A stretch of 64,000 nucleotides of DNA. It comes from a virus. The translations under genes were made by a program, and so were the position numbers. The stretch spans positions 4,706 through 68,705 of the IMG/VR virus record IMGVR_UViG_3300023184_000101; one strand, given 5' to 3'. Under the pieces are notes generated by a model. It saw only the letters and a list, made by a program, of their open reading frames with translations, was not told where the DNA came from and searched no databases. Below are positions 50,605 through 62,462 of this stretch, piece by piece; position 1 is the stretch's first letter, and each line of letters starts with the position of its first letter.

Positions 50605-52294
50605 CTATAGAATCATACCAAGTAGATTAACTTATCAATCAGCACCTTCTGTTGACCAAGAAATCCCTATTTCATTGGAACAACAAAGTCAATTAATGAC
50701 TGAATACGACAGAAGCTCAACAGTTAGTTTGGCCCAAGTTTATGATGATGAGAGACAGGCTTGTTTAATTTTCAGACCAACTTTTAAAGTAACATATTTA
50801 TATGCAAATACCTACACAGGTACGACAAACTACACACCGTTTCAATATAATTTATTTTATGCTCAACCTGAGGTTTCAATGTCAAGTGGAACATGGAAAG
50901 GATTACCTCAATACTATGAGTTTGACTTTATGAGACCTAATATAACAGACCAACATTTAGACTACAAGGCAAAAAGTGCTTACACATACAATTGGACATA
51001 TTATTTAAGTTATGGTTATGAGAATGACTATGATAAAACTTTATATTTTAATTTAAACAATTCCAACTTAACATGGACTGCTTCAACAGGTATTCCTTTT
51101 ATCATTAACAATAGTGAAACTAATGGAAGTCCGTTAGTATCTTTTCAATGTGTTGCACCTCATGGACTTACAGAGGGTGAGTATGTTGAACTTTCATTTT
51201 TCTATAACAACACAAATTTATTTCAGGTATATTCATTGGGTAATAATCAATTGGATAGTTCTGAGTATATTTTTAATGTTTATGATATTGGTTACACAGG
51301 CAAAACATTTCAAAATGGAGTGGTTGGTACATTTAAGAGAGTAACAAATCCTGATAATATTGAAGAAACAAGGTCAAAATATTATGTAAGAAAACATAAG
51401 ATTCTAACTAACTTAGAGGATTCTGTTATGACTAAAGTTGCTTTTGAAAAAAATGTTTTTAGTGAGATTAAAAAGTTAGAATATAGTTCAATCACGCCAA
51501 ATCAAGTTACAAGAATATCTCAATTAACAAGTAGTAATGCTTACAATGTAACGGTTAATTATGATTTAGATTTTACTAATTTATTGGACAATCAAAAAAG
51601 ACCAATAAGTGAATTATTTCTAACTGTAATTAATAAAGGGTATTCAGGATATTTTAATGCACCATTTAACAACGTTGGTTTGAAACAAGGATGGAAATTC
51701 AACTTAACACCAAAACCAAATAGCTATTGGAGTGCAACAAATAACTTATCTAATACTAACATACCAGTATCTTCTTATACAAGAAGTGATAATGGAAAGA
51801 CATATACCTTTTATTTTAATTTGAATTTAAAGAAAGATGATATAATCGACGGTGATTTTTGTGAGTGGAATGATTATGAACAGATGGAGAGAGTAGTTTC
51901 GAGTTATTATCAAAAGATAAAATACAATCAGAACATTTTTCAAACAACAAGAACTACTGACCAAAACTCACCTGGTTTCTACTATACTCCACACAATAAA
52001 ATGACTTTAAGGGTATTCTCAGATTATATCGAGACAGGGGATATTAAATTTATCGACCAAGTTCCATCGTTCTCTTACTTCTCTAAGTCTGACCAACAGT
52101 TTAGATGGAGAGACTTGTATACTTTTGGATTCAAAGACAATCTTAAGAGAGGTGTTGATTATCCTTTTATGAATACGGCCCAATACCCATTTGCAGATGT
52201 GGTATTTAGATTAATACCTGAGGGAATAAACTTTAATTCTAACTTACTTGGAATTAATTATCCAATTAAACCATTGATAGATGGATGTGAATAA
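50597..52294 (+). CDS. Putative structural protein
   Basis: 565 aa Tyr/Asn-rich ORF with a TTG start overlapping the previous stop. Confidence 0.55.
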   Translation: MSNYRIIPSRLTYQSAPSVDQEIPISLEQQSQLMTEYDRSSTVSLAQVYDDERQACLIFRPTFKVTYLYANTYTGTTNYTPFQYNLFYAQPEVSMSSGTWKGLPQYYEFDFMRPNITDQHLDYKAKSAYTYNWTYYLSYGYENDYDKTLYFNLNNSNLTWTASTGIPFIINNSETNGSPLVSFQCVAPHGLTEGEYVELSFFYNNTNLFQVYSLGNNQLDSSEYIFNVYDIGYTGKTFQNGVVGTFKRVTNPDNIEETRSKYYVRKHKILTNLEDSVMTKVAFEKNVFSEIKKLEYSSITPNQVTRISQLTSSNAYNVTVNYDLDFTNLLDNQKRPISELFLTVINKGYSGYFNAPFNNVGLKQGWKFNLTPKPNSYWSATNNLSNTNIPVSSYTRSDNGKTYTFYFNLNLKKDDIIDGDFCEWNDYEQMERVVSSYYQKIKYNQNIFQTTRTTDQNSPGFYYTPHNKMTLRVFSDYIETGDIKFIDQVPSFSYFSKSDQQFRWRDLYTFGFKDNLKRGVDYPFMNTAQYPFADVVFRLIPEGINFNSNLLGINYPIKPLIDGCE

Positions 52295-53072
52295 ATTTTT
52301 TATTAGGAAAGATGGTTTCACTGCAAAACAGGTGAATATACCTATTCAGTTGGAGTGGGATTATTTAGGTTTGGACCAAAGTGTGGACTTGTATGAGAAA
52401 GAGGTGATTACTGAGGTAATTGGCGTGGGTAGAGATTTTGAGGTTAGTAGATTTGCGAATGAGCCGTTCTCAGGTAGAACAGATGAAACAGCGATAAAGT
52501 ATCAGTTCTATTTTTATTCTGGTGGTTCGTTAACCAATGTTGCGAATTGGAGATTAGATTATAGAAGTGAAGGTTTTACGACTGGTAACATATACTATTA
52601 CGAGAACAATTTTTCTAACTCTTTTTTTAAGTTGGATTTGTATGATACGACTGATGATAAGAGACAAAAAAACTATATCACGATTATCATACCAACTCAA
52701 CAAGGATTAAAAAAAGATGCGATATTACAAAGAACACCTGTGACAATCAAATATCCTGATTTTGTTTTGGATTATATTGGAGACACAGAAGGGTTCTTTC
52801 TTTATTGGTTAAAGAAAAGAACTTTCTTGGATATTGATACTTTTTATATGTCTGCGAAGTTCTATAATGCGATAACGGGACAATTCACCAAAATGATGAC
52901 GGTACCGCAATCAACATTACAAGGAGAACATAATTTCGATAGTTTAACATATTTCTATTATAAGGTTAAGTTGGATTATGATAAGAGAACTTATCAAGTG
53001 TTTAACACAATAACAGGTAATAGAGAGGGAACTCCACTTCCCATAAAATGGTATGAATACGTTAATCCATAA
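52281..53072 (+). CDS. Putative structural protein
   Basis: 263 aa ORF coupled within the baseplate/fibre operon. Confidence 0.55.
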   Translation: MDVNKFFIRKDGFTAKQVNIPIQLEWDYLGLDQSVDLYEKEVITEVIGVGRDFEVSRFANEPFSGRTDETAIKYQFYFYSGGSLTNVANWRLDYRSEGFTTGNIYYYENNFSNSFFKLDLYDTTDDKRQKNYITIIIPTQQGLKKDAILQRTPVTIKYPDFVLDYIGDTEGFFLYWLKKRTFLDIDTFYMSAKFYNAITGQFTKMMTVPQSTLQGEHNFDSLTYFYYKVKLDYDKRTYQVFNTITGNREGTPLPIKWYEYVNP

Positions 53073-54151
53073 TGGCAGATTATAATTTTATAGTATCACC
53101 TGAGAATGTTGAAAGAGACCTTTCCGTTGTTAATTCAAATGGGATAAGTGTTGGAGTCTATTCAGGTATGTCTCAAATTGTTAGCGGGGGTACGTATGGT
53201 ACGTCTTTATTAACAGGTTTAACGGTTAACATCTTGTTAACCCAAAGCGCTGTTGACGCGGGTTATTATACACCTTTTGATGGAGCTGTTATGCAGAAAG
53301 ACGTGGTATCTAACTTTATATTTTCATCTACAACATCTGACCCTTATAGAGTTTATGTTTATAACACTTCAAGTGAGTTCCAAAAATTTCTGGACCTATC
53401 TAAGTATGTAATCAGTTGGGGTGATGGTTCACAATTACAAGCTGTGACCGCATATACACCAAATTCAATATCACACGTTTATCCTTCAGCCAGTAAAACC
53501 TATACAATTACTTTAACTCAAACTAATCCATGGGGTGTGATTAAAGTTCAAAAGAACGTTACTTTACCTTATTCTGTGGTTACAATTTATAACCAACAAG
53601 GTACGGCTTATTTCACACCTGCGGGCGGTAATTGGTTCGGAACACCGGTGAGTTATGATTACATATTTTCAGGAGATGCCGTGAATGTTGTGTCCGCTCA
53701 AACAACAAACAACTTCGAACAAGTTCCGTTTATTGTTTCGGGTATAACAACATCAAGAGTAACAGAATTGGCGTTATATGGTAGTCCAAAGTATCAGGTT
53801 GGAGTTCCGGTAATTAAGAACGGTGAGATATGGGGAGCGATTACAAACATAAGTGCAATCTATACGGCTTATACGATAACGGGAATAAACTTTTATGATT
53901 ATGCTGATGGTACGAGCATCTTCTTCCAAGAATCATCAGGATTTACGGATAGTAATTTAACAGCGGTACCAATAACAAAATTGGAATCATTACTCAAAGT
54001 AATGGACCAACCACAAATACAAACAGACGTGTTTTTGGAAAGAGGAAAAAACAGTGCATACGAAAGAGTACAAAGACTTGGTGAGGTAGATAACTTAGGT
54101 GATTTATTAAACTACGGATATGGATTTTTCAACGTGCAAAAGGCACCTTAA
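53072..54151 (+). CDS. Putative structural protein with PKD-like domain
   Basis: YVISWGDGS...SHVY....YTITLT PKD signature. Confidence 0.55.
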   Translation: MADYNFIVSPENVERDLSVVNSNGISVGVYSGMSQIVSGGTYGTSLLTGLTVNILLTQSAVDAGYYTPFDGAVMQKDVVSNFIFSSTTSDPYRVYVYNTSSEFQKFLDLSKYVISWGDGSQLQAVTAYTPNSISHVYPSASKTYTITLTQTNPWGVIKVQKNVTLPYSVVTIYNQQGTAYFTPAGGNWFGTPVSYDYIFSGDAVNVVSAQTTNNFEQVPFIVSGITTSRVTELALYGSPKYQVGVPVIKNGEIWGAITNISAIYTAYTITGINFYDYADGTSIFFQESSGFTDSNLTAVPITKLESLLKVMDQPQIQTDVFLERGKNSAYERVQRLGEVDNLGDLLNYGYGFFNVQKAP

Positions 54152-54174
54152 ACTATTTATTAAAAAACTAAATT

Positions 54175-55083
54175 ATGGCAATAGGTTCATACGGTACAAT
54201 AAGACCAAGTGATGTCTCACCTCAAGATGTAGACATTATCATGGCTTACACACCAACAAGAGATGTGACCGACAACTATACACTTACTTCGTTAAATGCT
54301 CAAAGCATTTTAAAACCTTATTTCAACAACTCTGAAACAGGAGGAAATGCGGGTGTTGAAGTTTTAGGTGGATTATACAATCTAACATTACCAGCAGAAC
54401 AATTTAATGCCCTTGGAATTTATACTTTATATTTGAGACCAGCACAAATTAGAACAGTGATTACTGATTGTGGTGTGTTAAGTGCTTTACCTAATGTAAA
54501 AGGAATTGTTATTGATTTAACAAACGTTCCTGTTGAATACCAAAACAAATTTGTCCCACAAGGACTTGTTGGATTCAGAGTTGAATATCTAAATCCAGAT
54601 GGTTCAAAAATACCAAACTTCTTTAGAGTTATCACTTCAAGTTTCTTCTGTGAACCGGTGGTTACCAACGAAGTTAACACAACTCAAAAATCTGTAAGAT
54701 ATAGATATGTTGATGGAAGTGCTAATTTACTATTCTGTACGTTATCACCGTCATCATCTCCAACAAATAAACCGAATGCGACACCATTCATTGGTCAGCC
54801 AAATCAAAGTATTATTATCTCAAATACTTTCTTTAATCCAATTTCTATAGAAATTGAAATGGTTGAGTACGATATTTCATCTCTTGCGATTGCTCTTTAC
54901 GGTAATCAAACTAAGTCTATTGATGATGGTATCTACACAATCTACGATGCTCAAAATAACATCTACAGACAATATAACCTATACGAAATTAGAGACCAAT
55001 TTAACGCATTGTTATATGAGGTTAGACAAAGTAGAGGTACTAATATTGATTTCAGTAAGAACTTTACAAACATAACCGCATAA
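54175..55083 (+). CDS. Putative structural protein
   Basis: 302 aa ORF with an upstream TATTTAT motif. Confidence 0.55.
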   Translation: MAIGSYGTIRPSDVSPQDVDIIMAYTPTRDVTDNYTLTSLNAQSILKPYFNNSETGGNAGVEVLGGLYNLTLPAEQFNALGIYTLYLRPAQIRTVITDCGVLSALPNVKGIVIDLTNVPVEYQNKFVPQGLVGFRVEYLNPDGSKIPNFFRVITSSFFCEPVVTNEVNTTQKSVRYRYVDGSANLLFCTLSPSSSPTNKPNATPFIGQPNQSIIISNTFFNPISIEIEMVEYDISSLAIALYGNQTKSIDDGIYTIYDAQNNIYRQYNLYEIRDQFNALLYEVRQSRGTNIDFSKNFTNITA

Positions 55084-58082
55084 TGGCAACATCGATAAAG
55101 AGTACCAAATATTTTTATCCGCCAAGACCAGGTAGTGGGGCGGCCACCTTTTCAGACAACATTGTAGGTTTACAAACTGTTGAGGGTGGCGGACTTACGC
55201 AAGGTAACTTTGAGTTCACAACAGGAGTAACCGAGAAGGTTAATAGAACGTTTAATGTAGGCGCTTTTTCTGAACCAATGACTCTTGATAATATGAATAT
55301 CGAGGATTTGGCGGAGAGTAGAAGAATTCAAGCAACACAATTTAGAGTTTATCCAAACTATGATGTTTCTCAAGTTCTGAACTTTTCAATGTATGGTTCA
55401 TTATCGAAAAGATTTAGTGTTTCTGTTCTTCATATTATAAATTATTTTCCGGCATCGGTTGATGTATTATTTAATAACTTGTCATTTGCCACAGGGTCAA
55501 CCGCGTATGATATATCGTATGATTCGGTTTTAAATGAAACTTTTTTTAAAGTAGATGTTGATAGATTTAATAATCCTTTTGATGTTGATTATTCACTTAG
55601 TGCGTCAACCAATTTAAGTGTAAGAGAGATTGTAGTTTCTCCGTATAGAAATTTATACAACACCTATTTGGATTACTGTATTGCTTTTACAAATGACCAA
55701 GGTGAAAACAATATATTTAAAGTTGTTGGATTTGCTCCATCACCAAGTCTCACAAGCGGGTACCTTCAATTTTATGTTCAAGGTGCTCCATTTGGTACTG
55801 GTACAACTCAATCCTATATCAATTATAGTATTAGACCTAATGACCTAATAGTTGATAAAGTATTTTCTGAAACTTTTGATGAGGTGGAAAAGTTTTTAGT
55901 GAACAGATTAGTAAGACCTGAATATACTGCGGTATTCCAAGTACCACAACAAAATGAGGCGGGTCAGTATTATACCAATAACGAACAAGTTACTTGGCCG
56001 AAAGATGGTAATTGGAACTTAGATATTAGGTCGTTTAGTTTCGATGCTTATTTAACACAACTACAAGAAATTGCAATTAATTTAGATTCATTTAAAACAA
56101 ATTTAATTTCAAGATTTTTGGTGAGTGATTCACTTAAAGAATTTGATACTCTTGGTAGAAAGGTTGAAAAGGTTTTACAGATATATGGTAGAAGTTTTGA
56201 CCAAGTAAAACAATTCATTGACGGGTTGGCTTATATGAACTCAGTAAACTATACTCCTGAAAACGACATCCCATCCCAATTATTGGTTAACTTAGCTCAA
56301 ACATTAGGATGGACATCTAATTTCTCACCAATTACTGAAGACGACTTTTTACAATCAATTTTTGGTAACGAAAACAATTACAAATATCCAGGTTATGCCC
56401 GAGCTCTTACACCAACAGAGATTAACTACGCATTTTATAGAAATCTTATCTTGAATTCGGCTTACTTGTTTAAATCGAAAGGAACAAGAAGGTCAGTTGA
56501 ATTTATTTTAAGATTAATTGGTGCACCCGATTCTTTGATTGAGTACAATGAACACATTTACTTAGCCGACCAAAGAATTAACATGGACCAATTCTATACA
56601 CAATATGCTCAAATATCAGGAGGAACTTACGTGAATACTTCACCAAGTTATATCCCTGGTGACACATATAAAGTAAAAGGAAAAACATTTACAGCATTCA
56701 CATCAAGTTCGGTTTATGAAGATACAACTATTAGATTGGTTGATTATCCTGTAGACGCGTTGGGTTATCCAAAAGCACCTTTGAATACAGAATCTTACTT
56801 CTTCCAAATCGGAGCGGGTTGGTATGAAACAACACCACAGCATCGAAGTCCAGATAATGTTGTTGTCACAGGTAATGTATTCACTGGGCAAAACTATAAC
56901 ATCCAAACTCAATTACAACCATTCACTTATGGTCAAACATATTTGGATAGATATAGAGATTTTCCTTATATGACTGAAGGGTTTAAACTGAGAAAGATTG
57001 TCGACAATAATAAATCATGGTTACAAGACGATGATAAAATAAGAGTATCAACACAGGGAGATTATAATGCCTACTACTTCGTTGACAACGAAAAACTTGT
57101 ATTAAATGTTAAGAACGTAGATATCTTTATGAATCCTGGCCAAGGTTTGACCTATGCCATTTGGGATACATCAAGAGAATACAATTACCCAATACCTGAA
57201 GAAGGTTTAACCGTTGGATATCCTGTGCCGGGAGGGGTTGATTGGACTTATGTTGACCCCCAACCGAAGAAGAAAACTTTCTTCGAGTTTGCACAAACTT
57301 TTTGGGAGAACATGATTAATGTTAGAAACAGACAATATATTACTGATGGTAAAACAGGTGGATATCCTACATTACAATCATTATGGTGGAAGTATATTGA
57401 AGTTGAAGACCCAAATGTTAAAACAAACAAATACACTTATCAAAAATTAATAAACTATGTGGAGGGTATTGGTCCTTATTGGTTGAAGTTAATGGAACAA
57501 ATGATTCCGGCAACAACAATTTGGAATGGAGGAATTAGATATGAAAACTCAATTCTTCAAAAACAAAAGTTTGTTTATAGAAGACAAAGAGGGTGTCAAT
57601 TTGTACCAGTTCCTGCTGAACCATGTTACATTATTGGAAATATATTCCAATACAATTGTGCAACTGAATACGTTGACTTCTATATTTATCCATGGTTAAA
57701 CGGTGATACTAACGTATCAAACTTTAGTGCAATATTAAACAATAGAGTAACCGCTTTATTAGTTCAAAATAACTTATCACCTACACAATGTATTGCCGAT
57801 TCAATTGCAACAGATTGGTATGTTAACTTAACAATAGGGACTGATACGATAATAAACGCCTTATTCTACACAGGGTATGGAAGTACTGATGTTCCTACTA
57901 ATAGACAATGGAGAAACGCATTAATTGCAAATCTACCATTGTTATATGATTATGGATTTACTTATTTCCTAAACGGGAATAACTTAAGAATATCAAGTTT
58001 GACTTGCGAACCAAGAAATTTGGATGAAGCGGTAAAATTAAATGTGGGAATAATGATAGATATAAATTGTAATACAAATTAA
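55083..58082 (+). CDS. Putative baseplate wedge protein (gp7/P2 gpI-like region)
   Basis: LLVNLAQTLGW...YLFKSKGTRRSVEFILRLIG resembles the tail protein I/gp7 core. Confidence 0.55.
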   Translation: MATSIKSTKYFYPPRPGSGAATFSDNIVGLQTVEGGGLTQGNFEFTTGVTEKVNRTFNVGAFSEPMTLDNMNIEDLAESRRIQATQFRVYPNYDVSQVLNFSMYGSLSKRFSVSVLHIINYFPASVDVLFNNLSFATGSTAYDISYDSVLNETFFKVDVDRFNNPFDVDYSLSASTNLSVREIVVSPYRNLYNTYLDYCIAFTNDQGENNIFKVVGFAPSPSLTSGYLQFYVQGAPFGTGTTQSYINYSIRPNDLIVDKVFSETFDEVEKFLVNRLVRPEYTAVFQVPQQNEAGQYYTNNEQVTWPKDGNWNLDIRSFSFDAYLTQLQEIAINLDSFKTNLISRFLVSDSLKEFDTLGRKVEKVLQIYGRSFDQVKQFIDGLAYMNSVNYTPENDIPSQLLVNLAQTLGWTSNFSPITEDDFLQSIFGNENNYKYPGYARALTPTEINYAFYRNLILNSAYLFKSKGTRRSVEFILRLIGAPDSLIEYNEHIYLADQRINMDQFYTQYAQISGGTYVNTSPSYIPGDTYKVKGKTFTAFTSSSVYEDTTIRLVDYPVDALGYPKAPLNTESYFFQIGAGWYETTPQHRSPDNVVVTGNVFTGQNYNIQTQLQPFTYGQTYLDRYRDFPYMTEGFKLRKIVDNNKSWLQDDDKIRVSTQGDYNAYYFVDNEKLVLNVKNVDIFMNPGQGLTYAIWDTSREYNYPIPEEGLTVGYPVPGGVDWTYVDPQPKKKTFFEFAQTFWENMINVRNRQYITDGKTGGYPTLQSLWWKYIEVEDPNVKTNKYTYQKLINYVEGIGPYWLKLMEQMIPATTIWNGGIRYENSILQKQKFVYRRQRGCQFVPVPAEPCYIIGNIFQYNCATEYVDFYIYPWLNGDTNVSNFSAILNNRVTALLVQNNLSPTQCIADSIATDWYVNLTIGTDTIINALFYTGYGSTDVPTNRQWRNALIANLPLLYDYGFTYFLNGNNLRISSLTCEPRNLDEAVKLNVGIMIDINCNTN

Positions 58083-60214
58083 TGGCAGCATTTAGTTACA
58101 TACTACAGATTACTGGGGATTGTCAATCAACAGGGGCGGGAGCAATTAATTTGATACCTACGGGAGGTACCGCACCATATACTGTAGAATGGACACAACC
58201 TTCTTTAGGGGAAGACCAAGCCGTTTTATCATCAAGTAGAAGTGGATTAGTTCCAAACACATATGTTGTAAGAGTTAACGATTCTACGTTACCTACAAAC
58301 CAAGAATTTTATATTAATATACCAGTATCCGATGGTATTTGTGCCAGTGTTTCAGGAATTAGTAATACAACTTGTGAACTTGATAATGGAGTTGTTACAG
58401 GAACCTCAACTTCAGATTATTCATCAACAAATTATTATTTGTATGATAATAGTAATAGTTTTATCACATCAGCAGTAACAAATGTGTCTTATGTTGAATT
58501 TGCGAATTTATCGGCAGGAACCTATTATATGATTGCTCAAGATTTGGGTGGTTGTACGGGTAGAAGTGAAAGTTTTATTATTGAAAGTTCGCCACCATTT
58601 GACTTTGGATTATATGCGGTACCCAATTCAAGCTGCGGAGGAACACCTATAGGTAAAGTATTAGTCTCAGGAATGACGGGAGTTGCGCCTTACACTTATC
58701 TTTGGAGTAATGGGACAACGGGTAGCACAATCACAGGATTGACTGAAGGGTCTTATTCCGTTCAAATAACTGATTCTAAAAATTGCCAAGTTACACATTC
58801 TGCGACAGTAACAAGAGTAGACCCAATTGGTTTTGGCTCATTCACAGCGGTAACGCCAAGTTGTTTACAACAAAACGGTAGTATTACTCTTACAATCACA
58901 GGGGGGACGGCTCCATATTATTATTCAGCCTCAACAGGAGACGTTTTAATATCATATTCTCAAGAATATACAATTAGTGGACTAACTGCTGGTCAATATA
59001 ATTTCTTAGTTACAGACGCAGGATTTTGTACATTAAATGTCGGAACAACTTTGGCAACGCCACAAGGTATTTCAAGTGTTTCTGTTAATGGAAAAAACTC
59101 AACATGTTCAAGTACGGACGGTTCAATACAAATTACTGTTGTGGGTGGTACATTACCTTATACTTACACGTTAGTTTTACCTGATGGAAGTACAAGTGCA
59201 ATAACAAACTCTCAAACAAGTATAATTTATCCAAGTCTGACAACAGGAACTTACACAGTTGCGGTTGCTGACTCATCAGGATGTTATTACGTACAAGAAG
59301 TGACAATTATTACTGAAAATAAATTTACAATTTCAACTAATATTATTGGAACATCATGTAATCAGCGTAATGGACAAATAACAGTTACAAGAACAACAGG
59401 TGGAACAGAACCATTTGACTTTGCCTTAGATGGAGTAACAAGTTTCCTTGATACAAACTTAACTGCGGTAACATTCTCAAATGTTGCTTCAGGACAACAT
59501 CTTATTACAGTAACGGATGCTACGGGGTGTACTCAAACAGCAACAGTTTTTGTTACACCAAGTCAACAACTTGATTACTCACTTTATAGTACATCATGTG
59601 GAGGAGGTTCAAACGGAACAATAACAGCCTTTATAACTTCAGGAACACCACCGTTCACATATCAGTGGTCAAATAATGTTTCAAGTAATCCACAACAAAT
59701 ACAAGTATCGGGATTAACTGCAGGAACTTATAGTGTTGTAATAACTGACGCATCAGGATGTACACTCAGAAGGTCAACAACAATTAGTTGTGCGACATCT
59801 TATGTGTCTTATGAAAGTTATGTTATGGGGGCTGAACTTTTACAAGTACAATCACCGACAAAATACGGATTACTACAAATGATGAACGAAGGTTTTGCTG
59901 ACCTCACATCAGGAAATACAAATTGTGATTTGGTAACAGCAATATTTTATGCTCAAGTATTAGTTAATCCATTAGGGACTTCAGTAAGCCAACCATTCTT
60001 TACGGCAACAACATTAAATGTTGGACCAAGTGATAACTTATGGTATAATACAATCAGAACAATATTGTTAAGTATTAATGGTGTAAGTGGGGTTACAATT
60101 GACCAATTGAATAATCAAATAACTATACAAACGAGTACAAGTAATTTCTCGTTAAACGGACAAGAAATCATTATCAAATTGAATATTGTCTATGAAATAA
60201 TGTGCTTAACATGA
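58082..60214 (+). CDS. SprB-repeat-containing protein (putative fibre/adhesin)
   Basis: Repeated units of C...G.I.....GGT.PY.Y.W...GL.AG.Y.V.VTD..GC. Confidence 0.75.
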   Translation: MAAFSYILQITGDCQSTGAGAINLIPTGGTAPYTVEWTQPSLGEDQAVLSSSRSGLVPNTYVVRVNDSTLPTNQEFYINIPVSDGICASVSGISNTTCELDNGVVTGTSTSDYSSTNYYLYDNSNSFITSAVTNVSYVEFANLSAGTYYMIAQDLGGCTGRSESFIIESSPPFDFGLYAVPNSSCGGTPIGKVLVSGMTGVAPYTYLWSNGTTGSTITGLTEGSYSVQITDSKNCQVTHSATVTRVDPIGFGSFTAVTPSCLQQNGSITLTITGGTAPYYYSASTGDVLISYSQEYTISGLTAGQYNFLVTDAGFCTLNVGTTLATPQGISSVSVNGKNSTCSSTDGSIQITVVGGTLPYTYTLVLPDGSTSAITNSQTSIIYPSLTTGTYTVAVADSSGCYYVQEVTIITENKFTISTNIIGTSCNQRNGQITVTRTTGGTEPFDFALDGVTSFLDTNLTAVTFSNVASGQHLITVTDATGCTQTATVFVTPSQQLDYSLYSTSCGGGSNGTITAFITSGTPPFTYQWSNNVSSNPQQIQVSGLTAGTYSVVITDASGCTLRRSTTISCATSYVSYESYVMGAELLQVQSPTKYGLLQMMNEGFADLTSGNTNCDLVTAIFYAQVLVNPLGTSVSQPFFTATTLNVGPSDNLWYNTIRTILLSINGVSGVTIDQLNNQITIQTSTSNFSLNGQEIIIKLNIVYEIMCLT

Positions 60215-60591
60215 CGCAGGTAAGAATTGATATGATATCAGGGGGTACCTACCCCATTACAGTTAGTATTGCGGATGTTTATGGTAACAACCTGACGTAC
60301 CTTGCAACAATAACATCAGGTCCCGTACCACCAACAGAAACTTATAATTCAGGTAATACGACTATTCCTGCAATTTTTAATACGGCGCCTCAGATAATGT
60401 TAATATTGACTGACGCAAACGGATGTCAAGTATTTAAAATTCTTGATTGTACTTACGGATGTTCTTTTGAAATTACAATTAATCTTGTTTCTTGTGTTGT
60501 TGATATTAACATCCAAGAGGCTAGTTGTTCCTTCAGTTTAAATGTAGAAGACTCATCTTGTAACTGTTCAGTTTTTACGATTGAGGTATAA
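60211..60591 (+). CDS. Small Cys-containing putative structural protein
   Basis: SGGTYP and LTDANGC resemble a single SprB-like unit. ATGA overlap with the upstream stop. Confidence 0.55.
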   Translation: MTQVRIDMISGGTYPITVSIADVYGNNLTYLATITSGPVPPTETYNSGNTTIPAIFNTAPQIMLILTDANGCQVFKILDCTYGCSFEITINLVSCVVDINIQEASCSFSLNVEDSSCNCSVFTIEV

Positions 60592-60671
60592 AAAATAATA
60601 TACTGATTTTTTAATCAAATAATTTTCATTAAATAATATATCCGTGGTATTTATTAAATAAAAATCTGCGG

Positions 60672-62462
60672 ATGTCAACTTATTCCATAATTGTAACCAA
60701 TAATGCTCCTGGCTGTAATAACGAAGTCGCTCAACAACTATCTGTTTCTGGCTGTTCAACTTATATTGTAAGATTAGCATCAACTTCTAATGCAATTGGA
60801 CCTTTCAATGTTTATATTGATTCAATTCTAACTACTCCTGTTTACTCCGCACAAACAAGAACTGAAATGTTAAATGGTGTTGTTGTAACATTTGATTGTG
60901 CAACGCCAACGCCGACTCCAACACCTTCAGAAACTTCTGCTGCTACAACGCCAACACAGACTCCTACCAATACTGCAACTCCTACCAATACTGCAAGTAA
61001 TACACTTACACCTACACCAACAATTACTCAAACACAAACTCCTACCAATACTGCAAGTGATACACCAACACCTACACCAACGATTACTCAAACACAAACT
61101 CCAACACCAAGTGTGACCGCAGGATTAACACCAACTGCAACTGAAACTCAAACTGCGACTCCAACAAATACACCAACAAATACACCAACTAATACAGAAA
61201 CGCCAACAAACACTCCGAGTAATACTCCAACAAATACTGAAACTCCAACAAATACTCCAAGTGAAACACCAACAAACACTCCAACCAATACTATAACCAA
61301 CACTCCAACTAATACTGAAACCCCAACAAATACTCCGACTGAAACGCAAACTCCGACTCCAAGTGTAACTGCTGGACAAACTCCGACTGCAACCGAAACA
61401 CAAACTCCGACCCCAACTAATACGCCTTCAGTAACTCCTACTAATACAGAAACGCCAACAAACACTCCAACAAACACACCAACTAATACAGAGACACCAA
61501 CTAATACACCTAGCGAAACTCCAACCAACACTCCTAGCGAAACTCCAACTAATACACCAACCGAAACGCCAACTAATACTCCAACTCAAACTGAAACTCC
61601 TACACAAACACCAACACCTTCTATCACTGCATCTCAAACTGAAACTCCTACGCAAACACCGACAAATACTCCAAGTGATACTCCAACAAGTACTCCAACA
61701 GAAACACCAACACAAACACCGACAGTTACGACAACAGACACACCAACAATGACGCCTACTAGCACTTCAACACAAACACCGACAGTTACAACAACAGACA
61801 CACCTACACAAACTCCAACAATGACCGCAACACAAACTGCGACAGTAACACAAACCCCTTCACCAACACCAACAAGAGCTCCATTAATGGCTTACATATT
61901 CATGGACCAAGGTTCACCAGCACCAAGAAATGATTTAAGTGCTTGGATGCAAGCAAATCAAGGGGCAATCACTCCACAATTCAGAGGATTTAACGTTGCA
62001 GGATTCTCAGTACCGTCTACAGGACAAACCAACTTTGATACTCAGATGAATGCATTCATTAGTTACTCAGGATGGAATAATTACGAACCTTCAATTCTTA
62101 CGGCACCAATATCTACAACATCTGGTGGTAATGACGCATTTGGTAACCCTATTGTGGCATATACTTTCCAAACAACACAAATACCTATCGGACAATTCTC
62201 GGCAACAAGTTGGGTTATTATATTTGTATCGACGGGAGCAACAAATGGATTGAAATACTCAACAATCAAAAACGGTACTTCGCCAGGAGCAATGGTCTCA
62301 AGAGTTATGAATACAACATATAATAGTTTAATTGTAAACTATTCTGGAAGCACAAATATGCCAGCTGGAACGTATAGAATGTATTCTACTTATAATGGAA
62401 CATCATTCCAATTATCAACAGGATTCTTACCTAACTATTTCCAAGGAGGAACGTTGGTTTAA
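60672..62462 (+). CDS. Mucin-like Thr/Pro-rich protein (putative virion decoration or fibre)
   Basis: Globular N- and C-terminal parts joined by about 325 aa of TPT[N/E/Q] repeats. Confidence 0.75.
   Translation: MSTYSIIVTNNAPGCNNEVAQQLSVSGCSTYIVRLASTSNAIGPFNVYIDSILTTPVYSAQTRTEMLNGVVVTFDCATPTPTPTPSETSAATTPTQTPTNTATPTNTASNTLTPTPTITQTQTPTNTASDTPTPTPTITQTQTPTPSVTAGLTPTATETQTATPTNTPTNTPTNTETPTNTPSNTPTNTETPTNTPSETPTNTPTNTITNTPTNTETPTNTPTETQTPTPSVTAGQTPTATETQTPTPTNTPSVTPTNTETPTNTPTNTPTNTETPTNTPSETPTNTPSETPTNTPTETPTNTPTQTETPTQTPTPSITASQTETPTQTPTNTPSDTPTSTPTETPTQTPTVTTTDTPTMTPTSTSTQTPTVTTTDTPTQTPTMTATQTATVTQTPSPTPTRAPLMAYIFMDQGSPAPRNDLSAWMQANQGAITPQFRGFNVAGFSVPSTGQTNFDTQMNAFISYSGWNNYEPSILTAPISTTSGGNDAFGNPIVAYTFQTTQIPIGQFSATSWVIIFVSTGATNGLKYSTIKNGTSPGAMVSRVMNTTYNSLIVNYSGSTNMPAGTYRMYSTYNGTSFQLSTGFLPNYFQGGTLV
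60900..61880 (+). repeat. Coding Thr-Pro tandem repeat region
   Basis: Degenerate 12-nt (TPTN) and longer units, including a near-perfect ~60 nt duplication around 60978-61100. Confidence 0.85.

Noticed and set aside
60892-61715. Val/Gly-rich and Trp/Cys-rich ORFs overlapping the TP repeat
   Set aside because: They are antisense or off-frame shadows of the Thr/Pro codons.
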